Shown here piece after piece: positions 20,813 to 29,434 of a stretch of 59,934 bases of DNA; the first letter of the stretch is position 1, and each line of letters opens with the position of its first letter. The translations under genes were made by a program, and so were the position numbers. The notes under the pieces were generated by a model. That model was not told the DNA's origin, made no database searches, and saw nothing but the letters and a program-made list of their open reading frames with translations. The stretch lies in assembly GCA_002432655.1 (NCBI GenBank), contig DJFZ01000006.1, positions 16,236-76,169 on the forward strand, written 5' to 3'. This stretch comes from Thiotrichaceae bacterium UBA5859 (GTDB taxonomy: Bacteria; Pseudomonadota; Gammaproteobacteria; UBA5859).

Positions 20813-21043
20813 ATGAACTATATGGCAAAATCTTCATCACAGTTTGATCAGCTGTATGCTCGACGCCTCAAACAACTGACCTTGTCGTCAGACCATTCAG
20901 AGCGCAAATGGCAAGTTTGGCGTATGCAAGCGGCCCGTGGAGAAGAGTGTTGTTTTCGCACGGAAGCTAGATATGTTTGTCAATTTGAGAATTGCATATT
21001 CCGACAAGAGTGTCTCGATTTACGGGCTGACTGGAAACCTTAG
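20813..21043 (+). CDS. Small Cys-rich protein resembling the 'SAP-domain/Rho-N'-annotated 4-Cys family
   Basis: C-terminal Q..RG..CF.T...C....C..R..C pattern (C-x8-C-x4-C-x5-C). Purine-rich RBS and isolated intergenic position. Confidence 0.7.
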   Translation: MNYMAKSSSQFDQLYARRLKQLTLSSDHSERKWQVWRMQAARGEECCFRTEARYVCQFENCIFRQECLDLRADWKP

Positions 21044-21263
21044 ATAGATATAGTCAATCTAAATTAGTTAATAGCGTTGGCTTTTCTGTTCCCAATTAAC
21101 TCTGTTTTATTGGGGAGAGTTGAACAGTGTCGCGTTGTCTAAAAATACAGCCATCCAATATAACGGTACAACAGTACAAAAATTATCGACCCAACTGCAT
21201 TTTATCAACTAATCGTATTAGAACCACTTACCTAGCACGCCAATTAGTTTACAATTTGCCCCC

Positions 21264-23993
21264 ATGGCGCACTTGCCCGCAACTGAAAATGATACCGAAC
21301 AGAACATTTGGCACTGCAACTCTATAAATGCGGTTCTACAACGACTCGGAACAAACGCTCAAGGATTAAGTAAATCCGAAGCATCCATGCGCCTACAGCA
21401 ACATGGGCCTAATCGCTTACCGGAAGAACAAGGGCCAGGCATATTCAAGCGCCTGCTCAATCAATTTAATAATGTTTTAATCTATGTCCTATTAGTGGCT
21501 GGTGTGCTGACAGGATACTTGGGCCATTGGATAGATTCTACTGTCATCATTGGGGTGGTGATGCTGAATGCGTTAATCGGATTTATTCAGGAGGGACGTG
21601 CCGAAGCGGCCCTGCAAGCAGTACACACTCTACTGTCCAATCACGCCATGGTGATTCGAGACAATCAACGCCATCAGATCGCTGCTGAAGAATTGGTGCC
21701 CGGTGATATTTTGCTGCTGGAGGCCGGTGAGCGCGTGGCGGCAGATGTGAGATTGCTTGAATGCCATGGGTTACAAATAGATGAGTCTATCCTCACAGGT
21801 GAATCTGTCCCAGTACTCAAAGTGGCAGATACCCTTGACACCAATATCGAACCGAATGAACGACATAATCTAGCCTACTCCGGCACGCTGATTACTCACG
21901 GTCAAGGTACGGCTGTAGTGGTGGCAACTGCCGAGCAGACGGCAATCGGACAGATTGGTAATCTGTTATCCACAGTGGAAGCTCTATCCACACCGCTGTT
22001 ATTGAAAATTAATCGTTTAGGCAAACGAATCACGCTATTCATATTGGTATTTTCCGTACTCACTTTTCTCGTTGGTGTGGGGCTACGTAATTTTGGTTAT
22101 ACGGAAATGTTTCTAGCCACAGTGGGTTTGGCGGTCGCCGCCGTACCCGAGGGGCTGCCGGCGATCATCAGTATTACTCTGGCTATCGGTGTGCAGTCTA
22201 TGGCCAAAAGAGAAGTGATAATCCGCCAGTTGCCTGCCGTCGAGGCGTTAGGCTCAGTGACGGTGATTTGCACCGATAAAACCGGCACATTAACCCGTAA
22301 CGAGATGTGTGTGCAGGGAGTGGAAACTGCGCACCATAGCTACCAAATTAGCGGTGATGGATATCATACAGACGGAGAAATTTTAGAAGCCGATAGTGCC
22401 GTCGACGTGGCGCAACGTCTTACCTTTTGCCAGTTACTGCGCGCAGCAGTTTTTTGCAACGACGCCAACCCTGTGCGGGAGCCTAGCGGTTGGCACTTCA
22501 ACGGCGATCCCACTGAAAACGCGCTGTTGGTGTTGGCAATAAAAGCAGGGATCGATCCGCGTCACTTACGCCAACAATTCCCGCGCTCAGGACTGATACC
22601 TTTCGACGCAGACTATAAGTTGATGGCCAGCTTACATCCCATGGAAGATGGCAAACAGATCATTTACATCAAAGGTGCACCGGAAGCGATTTTGCAGCGA
22701 TGCGATACTCAAGTAACTGCGGATAATTTGGTGCCGATACAACATGAATTTTGGAATGAAAAAATAGAGCAGATGGCACAACAAGGATTGCGGGTTTTAG
22801 CCATTGCGTACAAGGAGCATCATGACAGCAGTCCGATCAGTCTAGACAATATCGATCATCAAGTTCATTTGCTCGGGTTAGTAGGGTTAATCGATCCACC
22901 AAGAGAACAAGCGGCACACTCCGTGGCACTATGTCAAACCGCAGGTATTGAAGTAAAAATGATTACCGGTGATCACGTCACCACGGCGCGCGCGATCGCT
23001 AACCAACTGGGTATAGGGGTCGATCATCAAGCCATTACCGGAGTTGAGATAGAAAGAGCATCGGATCAAGAGCTGGTACAGCTCGTGAAAGACGCAGATA
23101 TTTTTGCCCGCGCCAATCCTCAACATAAATTACGCCTAGTAGAAGCGTTGCAGAGTCTAGGCGAAGTGGTGGCGATGACGGGTGACGGGGTGAATGATGC
23201 TCCCTCCCTGAAACGCGCCGATGTGGGCGTGGCGATGGGTAGAAAAGGATCGGAGGCAGCAAAAGAAGCAGCAAAAATAGTCATTACTGACGATAACTTT
23301 TCCTCAATAGTCCATGCTGTGGAAGAAGGCAGAAGAGCCTTTGACAACATTAGAAAATCGATCATTTTCATCTTGCCCACCAGTGTGGGTGAAGCCATGA
23401 CCATTGTCTTGGCTGTGCTCATGGGCTGGGCCCTGCCCATCAGTGCCGTACAAATTTTATGGATCAATATGGTGACCACGGTCACCTTGGCGCTGGCATT
23501 AGGCTTCGAGCCAGCGGAATCCAACATCATGCAGCGAACACCGCGTGACCCCACTCAGCCCCTATTCGACCGTTTTATGATTTGGCGCACGAGTTTAGTT
23601 TCAAGCTTGATGGTTATTTCTGTATTTGCATTCTTTTTTTATTATCAAAAGACTGCCATTGAAATCGAAACCATCAGAACCATTGCGGTCAATCTGATTG
23701 TCTGTTTCGAAGCCTGTTACCTATTTAATATGCGCTCACTGACAGGTTCAGTCTTATCATTTAAGACGCTCCTGGCAAATCGATACATTCTCGGCGCTGT
23801 GGCATTGATTGTGGTGTTACAGGGCCTATTTACATACACACCTCTGTTGCAACATTTTTTTAGCACCACACCTTTAGACTTAACTACTTGGTTGGCAATA
23901 TTGGCAGCCGGATTTGCTCTGTTTGTTCTGGTGGAAATGGAGAAATGGGCAGTGCGGCTTTTTCAGCAGCATACATCGCCAACCAGTCAGTAG
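21264..23993 (+). CDS. P-type cation-transporting ATPase, type IIA (Ca2+/CtpF/PacL-like)
   Basis: TGES, PEGL, DKTGTLT, KGAPE, DPPR, MITGD and GDGVND. Confidence 0.95.
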   Translation: MAHLPATENDTEQNIWHCNSINAVLQRLGTNAQGLSKSEASMRLQQHGPNRLPEEQGPGIFKRLLNQFNNVLIYVLLVAGVLTGYLGHWIDSTVIIGVVMLNALIGFIQEGRAEAALQAVHTLLSNHAMVIRDNQRHQIAAEELVPGDILLLEAGERVAADVRLLECHGLQIDESILTGESVPVLKVADTLDTNIEPNERHNLAYSGTLITHGQGTAVVVATAEQTAIGQIGNLLSTVEALSTPLLLKINRLGKRITLFILVFSVLTFLVGVGLRNFGYTEMFLATVGLAVAAVPEGLPAIISITLAIGVQSMAKREVIIRQLPAVEALGSVTVICTDKTGTLTRNEMCVQGVETAHHSYQISGDGYHTDGEILEADSAVDVAQRLTFCQLLRAAVFCNDANPVREPSGWHFNGDPTENALLVLAIKAGIDPRHLRQQFPRSGLIPFDADYKLMASLHPMEDGKQIIYIKGAPEAILQRCDTQVTADNLVPIQHEFWNEKIEQMAQQGLRVLAIAYKEHHDSSPISLDNIDHQVHLLGLVGLIDPPREQAAHSVALCQTAGIEVKMITGDHVTTARAIANQLGIGVDHQAITGVEIERASDQELVQLVKDADIFARANPQHKLRLVEALQSLGEVVAMTGDGVNDAPSLKRADVGVAMGRKGSEAAKEAAKIVITDDNFSSIVHAVEEGRRAFDNIRKSIIFILPTSVGEAMTIVLAVLMGWALPISAVQILWINMVTTVTLALALGFEPAESNIMQRTPRDPTQPLFDRFMIWRTSLVSSLMVISVFAFFFYYQKTAIEIETIRTIAVNLIVCFEACYLFNMRSLTGSVLSFKTLLANRYILGAVALIVVLQGLFTYTPLLQHFFSTTPLDLTTWLAILAAGFALFVLVEMEKWAVRLFQQHTSPTSQ

Positions 23994-24028
23994 CCGACGT
24001 ATCGCGCAAGCGAATCAGCATCCCCCAC

Positions 24029-24349
24029 TCACTCCTGGTCAAACAAACCATCCAAGAAAAGTTCCATTAAAAAATCAATAAAATTATCGCCAACTCGTGA
24101 TTCCCGCTCTCGCGCTTTGCTGGCCTGCTGTTGATGATGCTGAGCGGTGAGTTCATCTCTCGCCTCTGCATGTTCTTTTGCTTTTCGGCTATGATATTTT
24201 TCTTGTGTTTGGTAGCTCTTTCTTTGACGCTCTTCTTCTGCCGCCTCTTCAAATTCTTCTATAGGCGATTGAGGTAAGGTAGTGCAGCCGCTTGCACTTA
24301 GCATCAACAAAAAAACTAAAAGAAGAATCTTTTCAGATTTAAAATACAT
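24029..24349 (-). CDS. Hypothetical lipoprotein
   Basis: Hydrophobic signal with lipobox-like LSASGC, followed by a charged helical region. Confidence 0.65.
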   Translation of the reverse strand: MYFKSEKILLLVFLLMLSASGCTTLPQSPIEEFEEAAEEERQRKSYQTQEKYHSRKAKEHAEARDELTAQHHQQQASKARERESRVGDNFIDFLMELFLDGLFDQE

Positions 24350-24503
24350 AATAGGCAGTACAACTCTAATCCACTGAGGGCAACCCGAACTTTGCTACGC
24401 TTTATCCCAGTCACCGACTATCGCTTATGCAATAAAGCCGTGCCACCTAAAATTGTCTGATAAGAATAAGATGGGACTTGGAGCGCCTTCTCACCGCAGC
24501 CCT

Positions 24504-25436
24504 CTATTGTGCGATATTTCTTTGCACCAGCACCACTCTTCTATTTTTTGCTCGACCATTGTCTTGATGGTTGGCTGCAACCGGCGCCAATGGCCCGACC
24601 CCGTGGCCAACCAATCGGGATGCTGAAATCCCATACTTTTCGACTAGAGCACTCACCACGGTTTTGGCGCGACCTGTAGACAGATTCATATTATGCGCAA
24701 GGGCACCCTGCATGTCAGTGTGTCCAACCACATACAGTTCAAGTTGGGGTCGCTCTTGAAGTAATTTGGCCACAGCAGAGAGTGCTGGCTCGGATTCCTT
24801 TTTTAGTTGAGTCTTATCTGTATCAAAGTAAATGCCTTCAACTACCACATATCCTCGACTATCGATACCAGCTGCAAGTGCGGCCACATTGACTGCCGCC
24901 ATACCTGTTTCCATTTTTGTGAGTTCAATCACATGCACATCTGTACTTTGCTCACCCACTGCCAAAGCTAAATAGGCAGTGTGGTTTTCTTGTTCAACTT
25001 TAGCAAACATGTATCGACCCGATCTGTTGCCAATGGCATGAATCCCAAACTGTTGCCGCAAATGTGCGCCGACATAACCGTCGACACATTCCATATTGGC
25101 TTGATTGCATTCGTAGAGGACGTCCACATTCTTTTGATTTAGTGCACTCTGGTAATTACGATAGAGTTCCAGCACCGATCGTTCCGGCGGATTTTTGTAC
25201 AAAATTCGCGTTACCTTGCCTTCTATCATCTGGGTGTTATATTTTTTTGCAGTGCTATCCCAACCTTTAAACACGCGATATTCTTCGTACTGCATCACAT
25301 TCTTACTATAGATACTTGAACCCTGATATGGCGAGACCAAAGGATGATCGGTTTTTGGCTGCTTGGCTGCAATGGACTGAAACGAACTCATCATCACCAA
25401 TAGCATGAGAAAAATTTTATCAATAGTTCTATTCAT
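24504..25436 (-). CDS. OmpA-family periplasmic protein (DUF4892-like N-terminus plus OmpA C-terminal domain)
   Basis: Signal peptide, DHPLVSPY, IYFDTDK, VVGHTD...NMNLS..RA and GRAKNRRV. Confidence 0.88.
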   Translation of the reverse strand: MNRTIDKIFLMLLVMMSSFQSIAAKQPKTDHPLVSPYQGSSIYSKNVMQYEEYRVFKGWDSTAKKYNTQMIEGKVTRILYKNPPERSVLELYRNYQSALNQKNVDVLYECNQANMECVDGYVGAHLRQQFGIHAIGNRSGRYMFAKVEQENHTAYLALAVGEQSTDVHVIELTKMETGMAAVNVAALAAGIDSRGYVVVEGIYFDTDKTQLKKESEPALSAVAKLLQERPQLELYVVGHTDMQGALAHNMNLSTGRAKTVVSALVEKYGISASRLVGHGVGPLAPVAANHQDNGRAKNRRVVLVQRNIAQ

Positions 25437-25936
25437 CTTAGGGTTCCGTTTTTTTTAAGCGACGTGACATAATATGATTAACCACCATGACTGGCAAGAA
25501 CCCATAGTGGAGCGCAATTTCCTAGGCTTTTAGTATGTGGCCTAGATTTAGCGTAGCGAAAACCGGGTTAATCTAGGAAAGTAGACTAATATCATTGCGG
25601 TCAAATCTACCATAGATCTTACTTCATCCGACTCATTCTCAATATCGCAACAAATAAACCTATAAATTATTCTCTATAACTGCTGTAGTTAAATATCATC
25701 AGGCAAACGTGCTTCACACTCGAAGCAGAAAACGACTTCGCTTAGCATTCCAATTGAGGCACGGACTGCTCATTAATTCGCCACTATTTGCGACAAATTG
25801 TTCCCGACCAGGCTTAGGGTTATCGCTTTTCTATATTTGCTGGAGATATTCCTACTGAGTGTCTCTGGATCCCACCACGTTATAGCTAAGCGACAAACTC
25901 AACTGGATAATAGAATTATCGACACTATTCAGAGAT

Positions 25937-25968
25937 AAAAAAAAGCCCCAACATCTCTGCTGAGGCTC
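25937..25968 (-). terminator. Rho-independent terminator of the thiolase operon
   Basis: Minus strand AGCCTCAGCA-gaga-TGTTGGGGCT stem (with G-U pairs) followed by a T-tract, about 30 nt after the thiolase stop. Confidence 0.75.
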
Positions 25969-25998
25969 TTAACTTGATACTGAGTTTAATAGACGTAA

Positions 25999-27150
25999 TC
26001 AAACGCGTTGCAGCATATTCATCACACAGATTGATCCAGCCCCCATCATATGCGCAATACCCACCTTCGCGCCTTCTACTTGACGTTTACCGGACTCACC
26101 ACGCAGTTGTTGGGTGATGTCCCAAATTTGCGCCAGACCAGTCGGCCCGCCTGGGTGTCCGCGTGCAATTAAACCGCCGTCAGTGGAGAATGGGATGCGC
26201 CCGCCAATAGTCGTTTCGCCCTTCTCGACTAGGCTGTCGCCTTCACCTTCTTCGCAGAAACCCATCAGCTCATAGTACATCAATTCTTCAATGGGGAATG
26301 CATCATGTACATGAACCAAACTGACATCATTCGGGCCAATACCAGACTCTTCATATAACGCTTGGCTGGTCACTTGAGTTAACTCGCCTGGGCCCACTAC
26401 AGCACCTAGGAAGACGTGACCTTCAGTATAATGCTCAGACTTCATTTGCGAGCCTGCCACCTTCACCAGTGGACGACCATTGGCTAGCTTTTTCGCCACC
26501 GCTTCCGTGGCCACAATTGCGCACGCAGCACCACCACCGGCACCACAAGACATCTTGGAGGTATGTGGGTAAGCGATCATTCTAGAAGCCAACACTTCTT
26601 CTGGAGTCACTTCTTCTTTCGCTTGACGCTGCGCCATAGGATTAAAGCGGGCATGGTTCCAGTTTTTGGCAGCAATCTTGGCAAAGGTCTCTACTGTTGT
26701 ACCATGTTCATGCATACGACGAACGGCCCACATGGCAAAGAAACCTGCGGGCAATACGATCTGCTCGATTTTGGGCTCTTGGCCCATCATCATCTGTGCC
26801 ATTTGCATGCCCATTTTCATCATGTCATCGAAACCGAGAGCCATGGCTATTTCTGCCTCGCCGGCTTTCACAGCATTGACCGCCTCGCGGAATGCCGTAG
26901 AGCCTGTGGCTGAAGCATTCTCGACATGCACAACCGGCACATTGGTCAAACCGAAATCTTTAGCATAGCTGATGCCTTCTAACATCATGCCGCCGATATA
27001 ACCATTATAGAGATAGCCCACATCTTTGAATTTGATGCCCGCATCTTCCATAGCTGCTGTGCCAGCATTAAAAGCCATATCACGGGTAGAAGGACACATT
27101 TTTGAGAAAGGGTGCATACCTACCCCAATTACATAAACGTCATTACTCAT
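25999..27150 (-). CDS. Thiolase-fold protein (SCP2/lipid-transfer-protein type), catalytic Cys replaced by Ser
   Basis: GVGMHPF, ENASATGS, HDAF, GGLIARGHP and QLRGE motifs. Confidence 0.9.
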   Translation of the reverse strand: MSNDVYVIGVGMHPFSKMCPSTRDMAFNAGTAAMEDAGIKFKDVGYLYNGYIGGMMLEGISYAKDFGLTNVPVVHVENASATGSTAFREAVNAVKAGEAEIAMALGFDDMMKMGMQMAQMMMGQEPKIEQIVLPAGFFAMWAVRRMHEHGTTVETFAKIAAKNWNHARFNPMAQRQAKEEVTPEEVLASRMIAYPHTSKMSCGAGGGAACAIVATEAVAKKLANGRPLVKVAGSQMKSEHYTEGHVFLGAVVGPGELTQVTSQALYEESGIGPNDVSLVHVHDAFPIEELMYYELMGFCEEGEGDSLVEKGETTIGGRIPFSTDGGLIARGHPGGPTGLAQIWDITQQLRGESGKRQVEGAKVGIAHMMGAGSICVMNMLQRV

Positions 27151-27165
27151 TTTATAGTCCTTTTT

Positions 27166-27573
27166 TTAATCGGTGACAGGTTCGAAACAATAAGAACACA
27201 TAACGTTGGAACCGCGCTCTTTTATCGGAAGTAACGCCAATCGCATTTTCATGCCAATTTCCCAATCGCCTTGTACGCCTTTAATAATTGATTGGATGCG
27301 CACACCATTCGGCAGGTCGATTTGTCCCACGCCGTGACCTTTTTGATCACCCATGGGCATGGCCCCCATCATTGGCATTTCGATATAGGTCCAAGAATAG
27401 AGTTCACCTTCGGTCGGTAGCTCAGCATCTTCTACTGGCTCAGAGGTAACAGGACACAGCTTTCTGATGGGGTAATAGTACTTGTCGGCACTAGGACTAT
27501 AGGATCCTATCAATACAGGTTGATCCTCATCCTTGATGACAAAGTAGCCTTCTTCAAGAGGTTTATAGGCCAT
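27166..27573 (-). CDS. DUF35 / OB-fold acyl-CoA-associated protein with degenerate Zn ribbon
   Basis: GELYSWT, IDLPNGVRI and IGMKM OB-fold pattern. Directly upstream of the thiolase-fold gene. Confidence 0.85.
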   Translation of the reverse strand: MAYKPLEEGYFVIKDEDQPVLIGSYSPSADKYYYPIRKLCPVTSEPVEDAELPTEGELYSWTYIEMPMMGAMPMGDQKGHGVGQIDLPNGVRIQSIIKGVQGDWEIGMKMRLALLPIKERGSNVMCSYCFEPVTD

Positions 27574-27631
27574 ATTAACTTCCTCATTTAGAGTAGTGAT
27601 TGTTGGTTAAAGCTGACTAATTTTATAATGG

Positions 27632-29182
27632 TTAAACTTGACGCTCTTTGTTTTCCCAATACTTATCTCGCAAAATTCGCTTATATAATTTACCGGTAGG
27701 TAATCTCGGTAACTCGTCAATATAATCGATACTTCTAGGCAATTTATATTTTGCAAGACGTTCTTTGGCAAAAGCCAATATGTCTTCGGTCAGTGAGTCA
27801 TTACCGCTTGCGCCGGGGATCAACTCCACTACGGCTTTAACAGACTCACCCCAATCATCATCTGGAATGCCAAATACCGCCACATCGGCAATTTTGTCGT
27901 GCTGTTGCAATGTGGCTTCAATTTCCGCTGGGTAGATATTCACTCCACCGGAAATAATCATGTCGTTCTTTCGATCGCAGATGAATAACCAACCATCTTC
28001 CGTTAAGTAGCCTATATCGCCCACAGTGAATAGGCCACCATGCCGAGATGCTTCAGTTTTTTTCTTGTCTTTATAATATTCAAATTCACCTACAGGCGTA
28101 CCCATATAAATTGTACCGGGTTCGTTCGGTGGTAATTCATTGCCCTCTTCGTCCAAGATTTTTAACTGAGCACCGGGGAAGGCTCGGCCTACCGTGCCTG
28201 GGTGCTGTAACCACTCATCAGGTTTCACATAAGCGCCGCCCCCTTCGGTAGCGGCATAATATTCGTAAATTACCGGGCCCCACCAGTCCAACATTTTACG
28301 TTTGGTTTCTGGTGGACAAGGTGCCGCAGCATGTATGACGTTTTTTAAACTGGAAAGATCGTATCTATTTCTTTCTGATTCTGGCAAATCAAGTAACCGG
28401 TGAAACATGGTGGGCACCATATGCGTAGCAGTGATCTTATATTTTTCAATGCGCTCTAAAGCAGCTTCTGGTGTCCACTTGTCCATTAATACCAAGCTTT
28501 GCCCTAAGTGCATCGCACCTGTGCTAAACATGGCGGGGGCAGCATGATACAAGGGACCCTGTGCCAGATGAGCCCCCTCTCCACTCTTAATGTCAAACAG
28601 CATCGCTAACATGCTACCTGCCATCGCGGTGGCATCCGGAAGTGCACCTTCCACTAAAGGACGCCGTACCCCTTTTGGTTTACCGGTGGTGCCGGAGGTA
28701 TAGAGCATCAAGGATCCGGCGACACGATTTTCAGGGGGTGCGGTATCTTCTCCGGCCAATATGTCTTCGTAGTGCCGAAAGCCAGGTAGCTCATCTATGG
28801 CAAAGCAAAAATCGGTATCGAAATCTATTTCATCTACCGCCTTTGTCACCGACTCTTTATATTTTGTCGTCGTGATAAATACTTTGGATTCGGAATTTTC
28901 TAAAATATAGGCGACTTCCGGCCCAGTGAGATGGTAATTGATGGCAGTTAAAAACAAGCCAGACTGTTGCGTGGCCATGTAGACTTCAATCCACTCAGGC
29001 ACATTGTTCAAAAGAATCGCAACACAATCTCCAGTCTTTAATCCTAGAGACGCAAATCCTCTTGATAACTGATTGACGCGAGCACCAACTTCTCCGAAGC
29101 TGAATTCACGATAATCATCAGAGACGAGCGCTAAGCGATCTGGTTCTTCATTTACCCACTGCCAAAAAGAGCTTGCTGCCAT
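27632..29182 (-). CDS. Acyl-CoA synthetase (AMP-forming), copy 2
   Basis: YTSGTTGKPKG, YAATEG, GDIG, DMIISGGVNIYPAEIE and PTGK. Start set at ATG 29182 after an AGGAGG RBS. Confidence 0.94.
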   Translation of the reverse strand: MAASSFWQWVNEEPDRLALVSDDYREFSFGEVGARVNQLSRGFASLGLKTGDCVAILLNNVPEWIEVYMATQQSGLFLTAINYHLTGPEVAYILENSESKVFITTTKYKESVTKAVDEIDFDTDFCFAIDELPGFRHYEDILAGEDTAPPENRVAGSLMLYTSGTTGKPKGVRRPLVEGALPDATAMAGSMLAMLFDIKSGEGAHLAQGPLYHAAPAMFSTGAMHLGQSLVLMDKWTPEAALERIEKYKITATHMVPTMFHRLLDLPESERNRYDLSSLKNVIHAAAPCPPETKRKMLDWWGPVIYEYYAATEGGGAYVKPDEWLQHPGTVGRAFPGAQLKILDEEGNELPPNEPGTIYMGTPVGEFEYYKDKKKTEASRHGGLFTVGDIGYLTEDGWLFICDRKNDMIISGGVNIYPAEIEATLQQHDKIADVAVFGIPDDDWGESVKAVVELIPGASGNDSLTEDILAFAKERLAKYKLPRSIDYIDELPRLPTGKLYKRILRDKYWENKERQV

Positions 29183-29434
29183 TTGGGTTCCTCCTAAATA
29201 CAATCAGCTTCCGTCTAGATAAAAAACGAAAATTAATCTAGATTCTTAATTAAATTAACTGATTATCTTTTTGTTTATATTAATAATATTCTAATAATTA
29301 AAGTAATTTCTAACTTCATCAGAGGCTAGTGTAATTAAACCCGCGATAAGTTACCAGCCGTAATCGACAGCCATGGAATAATGCTTGTCATCGACTTTTC
29401 TGTACCGTTGCTACAGGTACGCACATTTTTTAAC

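Noticed and set aside
24428-24445. Minus-strand TGGCACGGCTTTATTGC, a sigma-54 look-alike upstream of the lipoprotein
   Set aside because: The GG-to-GC spacing is 12 nt rather than the strictly required 10.
25580-25930. Possible gene remnant or riboswitch in the non-coding gap
   Set aside because: The frames I translated contain stops and no recognisable motif. The GGCAAAC is not followed by a c-di-GMP riboswitch architecture.
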